A stretch of DNA of 64,000 bases from Lepidodermella squamata (lineage: Eukaryota > Animalia > Gastrotricha): contig JBLDXI010000036.1 in NCBI GenBank assembly GCA_047495785.1, positions 310,001-374,000 of the forward strand. Direction: 5' to 3'. Every line of letters starts with the position of its first letter. The first letter of the stretch is position 1. This document shows positions 25,946-37,908 of the stretch, in pieces. The position numbers and the translations under genes are program-made. A model generated the notes under the pieces. The model made no database searches. It was not told where the DNA came from and was given only the letters and a program-made list of their open reading frames with translations.

Positions 25946-26671
25946 GGTAAAATAAAATCTGCCGCCCCAAAAGGTAAAAGTCCGCCCTCGTTTAATCTCA
26001 GCCCTCATTTAATAATAGCGCGCCCTCGTTTTAAATACGCGCGCCCTCGTTTTGAAGAGTTGTTCTGGTCGAACTGCCCGAGGAAGATCAACTTTTGTAT
26101 ATGGATGCCGACAAAATGCTAGTCAGAGATTTGGAAGAATTCGCCTGTCTTCAAGTAAGTAAAATCTAAATTTCAGGGGAATTTTCAATGGGCCAGGAAC
26201 CAAAACCTGGCCGGTGGACGATTGGTAATTGTATTATGTCCTAATATGTCCCTGCTCATGCATTAGTGGCATTGCTTTTACGGCTATTGCTTTACTGCTC
26301 AGATTGCCAAATTGTCCCAAAAAATCGTCCGCGCGATATTCCTATCGCTATCGTCCGCGGTAATCATATCCTATGTGGTAGTTATTTTGGTTCATATACC
26401 GGTTCAGCCGATGTAATATTGATAATTGATACCAAATAAAGGAATAGAGATGCGGCTAATAGGCATCATCATCACATTTGCGTTTTTCTTATTCTAACGG
26501 GGCGACGTTTTATATTTCAAGGCGACTGATTATCAATCAGGTGCGGACTTTCGCGTTAAGGGGCGGATTAAGGTGGATTAGTGCGGCGATCACGCAATGA
26601 GGGCGACTTTATTTAATTTTGGGCGACACAAATGGGGCGAACTTTTACCTTTTTGGGCGACAGATTTTACC
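25946..26671. mobile_element. TIR element (GGTAA ends, Merlin-like) carrying a glycosyltransferase gene fragment
   Basis: Inverted ends AAAATCTGCCGCCCCAAAAGGTAAAAGT / ACTTTTACCTTTTTGGGCGACAGATTTTACC; subterminal CGCCC/GGGCG repeats; no TSD match. Confidence 0.6.
26063..26195 (+). pseudogene. Glycosyltransferase exon-1 3' end plus intron start (fragment)
   Basis: LVELPEEDQLLYMDADKMLVRDLEEFACLQ|gtaagtaaaatctaaattt, near-identical to copies 1 and 4. Confidence 0.9.
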
Positions 26672-27069
26672 TCAATACCAAAATCTTGTGGTGCCTATTT
26701 ACCTGGGCTTTCACAGTTTATTGAAAACGAAAAAGCAAGTTTGATTAAGGGTTTTTTTAATTCAATTTGAGGTGGACATTGGGCTCTTAATAGTGCACAA
26801 TTCGGAATCTAGGACTCAAACTGCCCTAGTAGGTCATAAAAAACGCTGAATGAGTTGTTGCAATTCGCTATACCTACAGGAAACATTTTCGCAAATCTGC
26901 CTCTTCACTTTTTTGTTACGTCTATCCCTAACAAAAGTAGGCACCACATTCGGGATTCGGGTTCAAAAGAAGCTCATAAAATTCTGCATCGATACCATTC
27001 TGGAATCCCAGATCTATGCTTCTTTTACACGACTGGCGAAACATGAAATGTTTACTACCAGATTTATAA

Positions 27070-28626
27070 ATGAATTTGATGCGAATAACATCTTACTTTA
27101 TTCTAATACTATCCGTCATGCTTAACATTATACTTTCTTTTATTCGACTGAGTCGTCAACAATTCAAAATTTACCCAAAGAATGTCACTACAACCGGAAT
27201 TACTTGGATCGACAAAATTATTCGAGACAACCCGGCGAAATCTCTTCGAATATTCATGCCGGAAAATAGAACAAATTTTAGCTTGGCAGCAGATGAAAAG
27301 TGCGGTCTCGTTACTGGCAATCGAATCATTTTGACTTTTGGCTCGCATGATGCTTACCTGGAACGGGCCGAGGTTCATTGCTCTATTGCTGTCGGAATTC
27401 GAGGAATCGACGCTTGTGTTGTAGCAAATTTGAAAATTCTGGATGAGAGCTTCCGGTCTCGGAATCAGGAGAAAATACTGAGCGCAAAACGAGGAGCTGG
27501 TTATTGGCTGTGGAAGCCGTATGTAATTTTCAAGTTTTTAGTCGAACTGCCCGAGGAAGATCAACTTTTGTATATGGATGCCGACAAAATACTAGTCAGA
27601 GATTTGGAAGAATTCGCCTGTCTTCAAGTAGGTAAATTTCAGTGGAATTTTCAATGGGCCATGCTGTTACCGGAACCAAATTTACGTTGAGCGGAACCTA
27701 AGTTGCTGTAGGGGAATCACATTTTGTAATATTCTAGTGACCTGAAATCACTTTTAGGATATTACATGCGAGAGAAGATTTGTCACAATAATTCTACAAA
27801 AAGCACCAAAAATTCAGGGCAACATAAGACAAGTGATCAAGTCAGAGCTCACTCTTCGACTAAAATTCTTGGAATTATTTAACAATTAAATCTAGGTTCC
27901 GCTAAATTGATTTCGGCATTTGCTCTGCAATATGTTAATTTGGTTCCATGCACTGTAAATTTGTGCCCGCTGAAAGATATTCAGATTTTCAATAACTTGG
28001 AAGGCGAAATACAAAAGCAAACCAATTTGGAAAAACAGGCAACTTTTGAAAATTCTGATAATTTCTTTTTACATAATAAATTATTTTGTCTTGAATATAT
28101 TTTCTCATTAATGATATTTTTCGTTTAATTTTTATAGGCTGAGTTGAGGCAGCCTGTTGTACTATTTTACCAAGAATACATTGAGCTATTATGGACGAAA
28201 GCTGACGCGTATTTCCTGATGAATGTCGAAAATCTACTGCCCAGAATAGCCGAAACAATGCAAGTCTACGGCGCGTATCTCATGCTTCGAAAATCACAGG
28301 AGTCTCTTCGATTCATCTCAGAATGGCTGACCTACGCCCAGGATGAGCGGCTCATCGATGATCAGCCGAGCTCAACGCGCGAAGAACGACCCGGCTTCAT
28401 CGCGCATCGCCATGATCAATCCATCCTCAGCCTGTTGTCGAAAAAGTGGAACCTAACAACATGGCCGAGTCCTGAAGCGGTTTCGTTTGAAGAAATTCCG
28501 CAAGATAAGGACAGAAACGGGGCTATTGTGACAAGCTACAACCCTCTTGATGTAGCAAAGTTGAAGACGTTAGGATTCACTGTTCCGACCGCAGGACAGC
28601 TTATCCGACATGATCACAAACATTGA
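27070..28626 (+). CDS. Glycosyltransferase-like copy 4 (exons 27070-27627, 28138-28626)
   Basis: Same motifs; intron homologous to the copy 1 intron. Confidence 0.85.
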
Positions 28627-28710
28627 TCACAGCGTTGAACAATGGCAGACATTTTAGGATAAAACTTCTGCGATTTCTCACAAATTCTTAACATATCGCG
28701 ATCGTCTCGT

Positions 28711-28878
28711 CAGGGTTGTGATGGAAAGAAAAATGCAAACTTTGAGTCTTGAAAACATTTTTCTACCTCAGGTAGCTCTTAGGCATGGCTAGCCAGGTAA
28801 AATTTGGCTCTTATCGGGTGGTTCATTATTGCGTAACAAAATATGCAAATGTACACTTTTCCTTCGATCACAACCCTG
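28711..28878. mobile_element. Short hAT-like MITE
   Basis: TIR CAGGGTTGTGAT / ATCACAACCCTG. Confidence 0.6.
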
Positions 28879-29452
28879 ATGATAAGAACGAACGAAAATC
28901 TTTTTTATTTGTCCTCATTTGACATACAAATTAAATTTAAAGGCAGAAAATAATAACAATAAAAATACATGTCAGACCGGCACAAAGAGGACACGCGGTT
29001 GTCTAAGACAGTTCGTGGAAGACACTAGTCGGGAGGCAGAAAGCAGAAAGGAAGGATTTATCAGAAGCTCAAGTTTTATCGACGTGCCTGGTATCATTAG
29101 ATAGGGGGCCGCTTCTAGTATTTGTGAGCAGAAAATCAAAATTTTCAACAGAGGTACCTGCCGCTTTTTTAATTTTTGAAATTAATTAAAATTATAATTG
29201 GCGGATAGGGCGTTGGGTGGCATAAAACGTGTTCGCGTGCCGCCCTTTTTGCAATATAACAGCTCGAATAAATTCACTATGGAAAGATCGTTAGTTTCCT
29301 ATCTGTTACAGTGTTGTCTATGGTAGAGCATTTCGAGAATAAGACAATCCCATTTAGTTTGTCCAAAATAGGCAAACTAAAAGGGATTTCCTTATTCTCG
29401 TTGAAATAAATGCGTTATGTTTCATAAACAAGGTTTACTATCAGATTTATTA

Positions 29453-30989
29453 ATGAATTACATGCGAATAGCATCTCACTCTAATCTCGTAATATCCATC
29501 TTGCTTAACATTATACCTTTGCTATGGTTTGCTATGGAATTCAAGATTTACTCAAAAAACGGAAGAAATTTCACGAAAGACATTCATTGGCTCGACAAAA
29601 TTATTCGAAACAGTCCGGAAAATTCTCTTCGAGTATTCAGGCCTGATAATAGGAGAGACTTTCAGCTAGGAGCGGATGAAAAATGTAGCCTAGTTCCTGG
29701 CAATCGAATCATTTTGACCTTTGGTTCGCATGGTCCTTACCTGGAACAGGCTGAAAGTCATTGTTCATTAGCTGTGAAAATTCCAGGCATCGACGCTTGT
29801 GTTGTGGCGAATTTGAACATTTTGGATGAGAGCTTCCGGTCTCGAAATGAGGAGAAAATACTGAACGCGAAGCGAGGGGCTGGCTATTGGCTGTGGAAGC
29901 CGTATTTAATTTTCAAGTTTTTGGTCGAATTACCCGAGGAAGATCAACTTTTGTACATGGATGGCGACAAAATGCTAGTCAACCATTTGGAGGAATACGC
30001 CTGTCTTCAGGTGAGCAAAAGTTATACCTTATTTCGGACCTAAATTCCTTAGGTTTTTCAAGTTTCCCTCTCCCGACCTTTCTTTTACCTTGGACCTAGA
30101 GTTTCGATGGAAATTGTGTAATAGTCAGTGTCTTATCAGTTTGCGAAGTAGACCAGCGGTTCCCAAACTTTTTGTCTCGTAGGGCACAGTAGTGTCATAT
30201 GTGAATAGCTCAGAGGACAATGACATGCGGAAATGTACCCAGACACCTGAAGAGGCATTGTACACATAGTACGCATAGTTTGGGGAACGCTGTCGTAGAG
30301 AGATGGGGAAGTTACCACCCACTTAGAGGGGTCCAGGCATGGAAAACGGAAAAAGCCACAGGGTTGACTCTTTGGTCAGATACATTCGGGGTCGACAATA
30401 TCAAAGCCAAAGCGTAAGCCCCTCCACGCTCATCAATAAATAATGTTCATTCGTTTATTTAATTTGCTCTGATTTTCAGGCGAAGTTGGGCCAGTCCGTT
30501 GTAGTCTTCTACCAACCATACGACGAGAGATCATGGACAAAGGCCGACGCTTATTTGCTGATGAACGTCGAAAATCTACTGCCTAGAATCGCCGAAACAA
30601 TGCAAGTCTACGGCGCGTATCTCATGCTTCGAAAATCACAGGAGTCTCTTCGATTCATCTCAGAATGGTTGACCTACGCCCAGGATGAGCGACTCATCGA
30701 TGATCAGCCGAGCTCCACGCGGCAAGAATTGCCTGGATTCATGGAGCATCGCCATGCTCAATCCATCCTCAGCCTGTTGTCGAAAAAGTGGAACCTTACA
30801 GCATGGCCGAGTCCTGAATCGCTAAATTTCTCGCAAATCCAAGAAGATCACGATGGATTCCGCGTAATTCCGGGAAGCTTTAATCCTCTTGATGTAGAAA
30901 AGCTTAAAAAGCTTAAAATAAATATCCCGACACGGCAGCTTATCGAACAAGGATGGGAACAAAATCGCAAGAAAAATTCTAAATTTTGA
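29453..30989 (+). CDS. Glycosyltransferase-like copy 5 (exons 29453-30010, 30480-30989)
   Basis: Same motifs, except HRHAQS in place of HRHDQS; start chosen by homology (MNYMRI). Confidence 0.8.
30154..30292. mobile_element. hAT/Charlie-like MITE in the copy 5 intron
   Basis: TIR CAGCGGTTCCCAAAC / GTTTGGGGAACGCTG; degenerate 8-bp TSD aaGTAGAc / tcGTAGAg. Confidence 0.65.
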
Positions 30990-31863
30990 TAAATCATTAG
31001 CTAACGAAGAATAAATCGGATAAATAAGTCGATGCTTGGATGCATATTTTTATGACCTACCGTAAACTACAGTATAATCGCCACATTAAGCATGCAATCA
31101 AAGGTAAATTATAAATTAAAATTTTCAAATTGATTGTTTTCTTCGTTTTCGCTTGCCGTTTAAGTCACGAAGCGGCCGCGGCGCCATCCTGACCTTTCCT
31201 GAGGGCTAACGCAACAACTTTGACTAATCAGACGATTTTGTAAATTGCGCTGAACTCAGAGTGGTCGAATTACCTAAATACAGTTGAAAAATCAAAAGGT
31301 CAGAAAAATTGACTTTTTTGACCTTCTGGAGCCTTGTTAACCCTCTATGGGTCATCTCAGGTCATCTTAGTTATCTTCCTGGATCTCTAACCGTAACTCC
31401 AGGAAGACGTTCTCCGGACTTGATTTAGCATTGAAAGGATCTTTTTAAGAGATTAAAACCGCTAAAAGTCATTTGACGAGCTTGCATGGCAAGTTAGGAT
31501 GATCACCTAGGTCACCCTTTCCTATAACGGGGAAGGAAATCTTCCGACTTCTGAGACCAATAGGGTGAAGTTATTCAATATTAGTTCATTATTAGATAAA
31601 AAAGAGCTTTTCAACACAATATTCTATCCAACGGCATTGAATAGCTCGAAAAAATCCACCAAAACGACCGATTGAAGAATATTTGAAAATTTTGTGGAGG
31701 AATCGTGAATAATACACTTTTAATTAGGTACAGCAGAGTAGCAACTTCATAATGCCGGAGCATTCATTTTTATTGTAAAGCCACATCACTAGTCATCAAT
31801 GTAAGCGTGCTGCTCTCTTCTCATCTCACCCAGCAGCTTCTTCCAGTTGCATGTGACTCCAGC

Positions 31864-32204
31864 CTAGTGCAGACTGCATGATGTTCTACCATTTGTACTC
31901 CTAATAAAGCCATGCTTGCCGTCCCTCGTAACGCAAGATTCCCCCACTCGTGCCGTTTCCGCAGGTTCAGCTTCCTCGCGGCCGGATGATCCGCGGCAGA
32001 TCAAAGAGAGGCCGTTGGAGCTTTTGACCAGTTTACCCTTAACATTCCCATACAATTGGCATGTATCTCCTTCCTTTTGTTTTGCGGCTGCCACGAGAGT
32101 AACAGCGGCCTATGTGGAAGGGAAACCTTAGCCTACAAAATGAATGAAGTTAAGAGGCTTCTCACCTAAACGACGATCGCCAATGCCATGAGTTTAGTTG
32201 CCAT
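31864..32204 (-). pseudogene. Peptide family copy D: two-module precursor, exon 2 intact, TAG at the end of exon 1
   Basis: MATKLMALAIVV*|AAVTLVAAAKQKEGDTCQLYGNVKGKLVKSSNGLSLICRGSSGREEAEPAETARVGESCVTRDGKHGFIRSTNGRTSCSLH; exons 32204-32166 and 32109-31864. Confidence 0.75.
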
Positions 32205-33385
32205 GAGTAGTTGTAAGGAAATATTTCGACTTTATCTTGAAGATATATAAACTTGAATAATGAAGGTAGGGTAGATGAGCTTCTCGATGAGCACTTAACC
32301 AGTCACCCGGTGTCTACGTCAACAACCGGGCGATTGTTTGCCCAGACTGGCTGTTTTGAATTGGCTGCTTAATTAGTGATTAATAGCGCACATCTAGCTT
32401 GATTATGGTTAAGGGTGGTGGCGGAGTGGCTGTTTCAGCAAATTGAAGAATTTCTCAATCAATGAGATGTGAAATTGGCTGTTGTAGAAGGTAGAAGCTC
32501 TAACTGCTAAACGCGAGGCGTAGGAATGACTCAGCGAGTCTTTGCAGGCGCCGGCCAAAGCGTTCGCTGTCTGTCGATGTTGCCAACGGGTTACCCGATC
32601 AATTTTTGAAACCCATTAAGCCGTTCGCTGAGTCTGTTGCTCTTAGGCTCTCAGGCTGCTAAAAAAATTTGAACGAACATCTTGTTCATCATGGACTGTA
32701 ATGAACTGAGCCTCTTCAACTCTCAGAACCGCCGAGCTCTCCATTCTCTGGCGCGTGGTAGCTGTTACTGTGTATCGCCTTAAGTCTTCAACTCCTATAA
32801 CTTCAAGATTGGATGCCATTAGTCCAATTTTCTACGAGCGGGGAAAGGGTGTGAAGTGGCAATGAACTCTCTTGTAATCTACACTAGTGATATCCTTTGT
32901 TCACCAAGAGTAGCAGAAGTTTTGCCCTAAATCACTAATTATAGCCCTTTTTGGCGAATTTCACAAAATTATCCATCTGGGAACACAAGGTCTGCCTTGA
33001 ATCATTGGTTGATGGCCGCTCCTTGTATTTAGGAGCAGAAATCGAACAATTGTTAAAGAGGTAGCTTTGTATTAAAAAAAATTATGATTGGCGGATGGAG
33101 TGGTCACGTGCTGCACTCGTTGCTTTCAGCTGGAATAAATTCACTATTGAAAGATTTTTGACTATTTTAAGATATTTTCTTCGACAAACTTCATTTGTTA
33201 CGAATCACATTTGTTGACACACACATGTAATCCCACGTTATTTTAAACGTAGCTAGCCGTGAATCAAGCATGAGTAATAGAACTGTTAATGACAAAAAGC
33301 CACACGCAGAGGCGAGAAAGCGGATAAAAGCATTCTAGTAAGCTATCATGCTAAACCGCTCTTTGATGTCAATTTATTCATAAAA

Positions 33386-34969
33386 ATGCGGCATTTAACC
33401 ACGATTCTTATACTGATTTCCGGGAGAGCTCATACGCAAGTTCAGGCTGAATCTGTTCTAGAGCAGTCGTGCATCGTGCCAAATGTGACCGCAGGACTTG
33501 TAAACCGAGTGAACTCGGAAACTTTAGAAGTTTCCGCCCAAGTTTTGCGTCCTGGAACTGTTCTGAAGATAGGCGAGACAGTGAATGTGATATGCAACTC
33601 CGGATATTCGTACTCCTCCCCCGTTACTATTGCGACGTGTCTCCCACCCTTCAGCCCAATGATAAATGGAACCTGTAATCGTATGTGTAAGTAAATATTC
33701 AGTTTAAAATGAGTAGGAGCCTCGGCTAATCTTTTCGAATTTTTAATCACGGCTATAATTGCCTCTCCAGATTGTGGACCACTCCCTTCGATACAGGGCG
33801 GATTTGTAAGGTCAGGCCCGTCGACAAAAGGCGCCATTCGGAACATTACCTGCTACCAGAATTTCGTTGCGCGAGGAAACACAACAATAGCCTGCCTTGC
33901 TAACTCAACGTGGTCGAACCCTGGATACTGCATTTCAAAGCAGCAACTTGTGAGCTTGACTCGGCTAGGATATTTTTTAGTTCAGGTAATGATCGCACCT
34001 TAATCTGCACCTAAACATTATACGTTAACTGTCATAATTTAAGAACTTTAAATTCATTTACAACTTCCTAGATTCGGACGTGTGAACATTTCTTACATTC
34101 CAATTTTCAAACAGTATGATGAGTTGTGGAATGCAACGGGTGAGGCTGATATTGCGCTGGTGCGACGACTCGTAGCGGAGATTGACGCAATCACCGGCGG
34201 CAACTTCGACGCGAACAAACGCTATCCTATAAAATACGCAAATTATATCGAAAACGCTACGCTGCTACGCCATTTGCTGAAGTCGCCTCATGGGCAACCT
34301 GGCCAGCTACTCGAAATCGCTCGGCTGTTTCTAGATCGCGGTGCTGATGTCAACGAAGGTGCGCCACTGGTCGCCGCGGCCGGGAAAGGATATCTCGAAA
34401 TTGTTCGGCTGTTGCTCGACCGCAACGCCAATGTCGATGCTTCAACTGACCAAGGTGATTACACTGCGCTGATGGTTGCAGCCGGCTCGGGACACCTCGA
34501 GGTTGTCCGGCTGTTGATAGACCGTAAAGCAAGTATCGATATTAAGGATAATGACATATTCTCCCCGCCGTTGATTCGGGCTACTGTTCATGGGCACATC
34601 GAAATTGTCCGGCTGCTGCTCGACCGAAATGCGTCGATCAACAACTGGGATATTTTTCACGAGACGGCGTTGATGAAGTCGGCTGCTGCAGGGCAAGTCG
34701 AGATTGCTCGACTGTTGCTGAACAGAAATGCTTCAATTGAAGCCGAAACTCCCCAGGGTGAGACGGCATTGATTTTCGCAGCCTGGCGTGGTAACGTTGA
34801 GATTGTTCGGATGTTGCTTGATAGAGGTGCGAAAGTGAACGTTGCAGATGATTATGGCCGCACGCCTCTAGTAAGGGCCGTATGCGCGAATAGAACTGAC
34901 GCTGCTGCTCTGCTGCGATTGCGAGGAGCAATCGATAACGGGTTCAGTTGTGAAAACTTTAAATCGTGA
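33386..34969 (+). CDS. Signal peptide + 2 Sushi/CCP domains + about 6 ankyrin repeats (exons 33386-33680, 33771-33949, 34115-34969; about 442 aa)
   Basis: Exon 2 is a canonical CCP (CGPLPSIQGG...ITCYQNF...IACLANSTWSNPGYC); exon 1 is CCP-like (GETVNVICNSGY...TC). Splice phases 1 and 0 join in frame to ankyrins (TALMVAAGSGHLEVVRLLIDRKASID etc.). Confidence 0.8.
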
Positions 34970-35053
34970 CTATTTTGAAGTTACGACCATAGGTTTTGCC
35001 AGACATCATAAACAGTAAATTTAGATAGTTTTGTGACACCCTAATTTATTCCT

Positions 35054-36567
35054 CCCTGAGCAGCAAGTGCACGTTTTTTTGCGAAATACTGCCAAGTTCC
35101 AGTGGGAATTGCAAGAAACTGCCTGAAAACGCCGTTTACTGCCATTTTTCATCTTTTTTCAAAACTTACTGCAGTATTTGGAAAAAACTGGAAGTTAAAA
35201 GCTGGAAACCGCAGTAACTTCGCGAAATTGACAGTTGTTCATGAAACTTGGGAAATTCGGCATTTAGCGACCCGAAGTTAACTGCCAGGTAAAATATTTC
35301 TTCGCCGCCGTTAAAAACTTTCGATTTTTCTTTATTTTCACTGCGAAGTCAGAAATAGTGAACGAAAGTGAACGAAATTCGATGCCTCGGCCTCTAGTTT
35401 TTTGCCGAAAATTCCCTGGCTCGAAAACTGCCTTCTACCTATCCGAATCAATCTGTTTTTATTTATCATGAAATTTCTCGTTTTTCTCGATTTTACCTAA
35501 TTTTTCCTAATTATTTACCTGGATCCTAACCGAATTTTTATTTTTTGCAGCCTGAACCATCTAAAATATAAGAATGACAGCAAAATTCGATAATTTGGAT
35601 TTTGCTTAAAAGCCAAATTTTTAATGACTGAAAATTGTCGCTCTAAATAAAAGCTGAAATAGGGCAAAATCATTGTTATTGGGGCGCTCGATTGTTGTGC
35701 ACACAGGCCTCGGGGTGTTGCGTAATCACGCCATGCTTCAAAAATGTGGCTTTTTGGTTCCTTCAAATCATCATATTTTTGTTTTCAATTCCAAAACATC
35801 CATCCCTATGTCCTATTTAGTAAGAATTTTTCGTCCGGCCTCAATTTCGCATTCTGAGCTTCATCGTTGCCTTGCTACCAGGTGTGTCGACCAGGCAATT
35901 TGGACAAGTCAGATATTTATCGAATTTTCAAGGTAATTTTGAAATTAATTCCGTTTTCTTTAATTTACCCGCAACTTTTGAAGGTTTGTCCTGCGAATCG
36001 AATTTGCAGTCGAACCAGTCTCAACGGGCCGGTCAGCAATTCGTAACGGTATCGATGAATAATTAACAAGGTATTTCAGTGTTCAATTAATTTCAATTAT
36101 AATCTACAGGTTATCGGGCCTGCTCCAGTGGCGGTTTCTGCATCAGTCACAGCCGTTGTTCGAGCGTCTCGTGAAACATCATTCACTATTAACTTGACAA
36201 TTTTTCAATTTTCTTTTATTGATCAGTTTTGATGAATAAAATGATAATTGCATCGACGGATTTGCGTGAAGGGTAAAACTGTCTTTTTTGAAACAGAGAG
36301 TGAAAGCCGCATTTTTAATAGTGAATGCGAAGTACAAATGGCCCTGAGTGAAAGTTCTAGTGAAATTAGCAACGAGCAAGTGACTGCGCAGTAGAAACCA
36401 TCTCTCACCACAAAAACTCTCACCGCAGAAAACCACCCAGAAAACTGTCCAGCTCGGCAAAAAACTAGACTTTTGACAGAATACTGCCAACAGAAAAACT
36501 CTCGCTAATTTGCATATTTAGTTTTTTTGATCTAGGCAGTTAAAAGGCCCGAAATTGTCGCTCAGGG
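35054..36567. mobile_element. Non-autonomous CMC/EnSpm-like DNA transposon
   Basis: CCCTGAGC...GCTCAGGG ends, 2-bp TSD CT, repeated subterminal ACTGCC motifs. Confidence 0.55.
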
Positions 36568-37439
36568 CTTCTATCAAAAATGACGTCCCAAGTATGATTT
36601 ATGATTTATATGACTTTAAATAACAAGTGATTAATAAAAGTTACTTCGAAAATTCTGGTTCTGTATACTGTAGCTCAGGGAAATTTCGGACGCTTTGAAT
36701 ATCAGATGAATAGCTTTGAAACGACGAACAGTGGAAACACACGATGCATAAAATTCGCCCTCTCGACGGATTTCGCATGGCGTGAGAAACGAGGTGATTG
36801 GAACGATAACTTATTTTTCAGAAAGTTTGTAAGCAAGGAAACTCAAATTTCGAATCGGAACCTCCTCATATCTCGTATCATTTTGGGAATGCTCGAAATG
36901 CGAAACTAACGGCATCATTCTCTCAGCACCCAGTTATCTTGAGTAAAATGAAAACCGGATTGCTATTTGCAGGGCCAATCAGCTACAATTTAGCATTCAA
37001 CAAATGCGGCTGCGCAACAATACTGTATGTTGAAGTTTTCTCAATTTCTTCGGAAAATAGGGCCGCTGAAAACTGAAAACCCACAAGGAATTCCGTATGC
37101 AAATGAGCGTCCAGAATTACCCGCTCATTATCCAACTCTATTCATAAATCTTTTCGATCGCCAAAATCAGGTGAAAATCGTTTAATATACCCGAAAATAT
37201 ACACATAAATCATCAACACTTATACACATTATACACCTTCGTACTGGAAATCATCGATTTTTGAAATTTGAGTTACTTTTGATCGGGTACTTTTGACCGT
37301 CGCGAGAAACAGTGTGAACGTCGATTGCAAAAACATGCGTGAACACTGTGTGTTGTAGCATTGTGTTGTATTGTGTTGTAGCATCAACTCACGTTAAGTT
37401 TTCGAAATTTCAGTCAACATTCGCGACGTTCAGTCAGCT

Positions 37440-37620
37440 TTCGCTCAGCGGTACAAGTCAGTATACCACTTGTACTGCTTTAAACCATTTACCTAAAATC
37501 GGCCCTACATAGGAGCAAGATTTCCCTTCCTCTGCTACCCGCGCCGCTTCCGCCGGCTGCGCTTCCACGCGGCCGGATGATCTGGCACAGATAGCTACTC
37601 TTCCCCCTTGAAAATGCTGT
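37440..37620 (-). pseudogene. Peptide family fragment E
   Basis: ICARSSGRVEAQPAEAARVAEEGKSCSYVGPILGK, then a frameshift; the other frame gives SSTSGILTC. No signal exon. Confidence 0.65.
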
Positions 37621-37908
37621 TGTTGCAGCTCAATTTCTAGCCTATAATAGTTTTGTCCGGCCTCCAACCCTCAAGCTTCGGTGCGCCATTGCGGGTAAAA
37701 GCGAAACAAAATCATTGTAAATTGAGAATAACCGTTTAATTGCTTCGGATTACACAACAAACCTTCCACATTCATCGCAATTATTTTTATTGTTAAACCG
37801 CACATCACCATCTGCAAGCGTGCTGCTCTCTCCTCATCTCACCCAGCAGCATTCAATCGCATGTGACTCCAGCCTAACGCCGACCACAAACCAATGCATG
37901 GCCAAACT

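Noticed and set aside
32166-32168. Alternative genetic code (TAG read as sense)
   Set aside because: TAG is a normal terminator in other genes here (GT copies 2 and 3, peptide exon 2).
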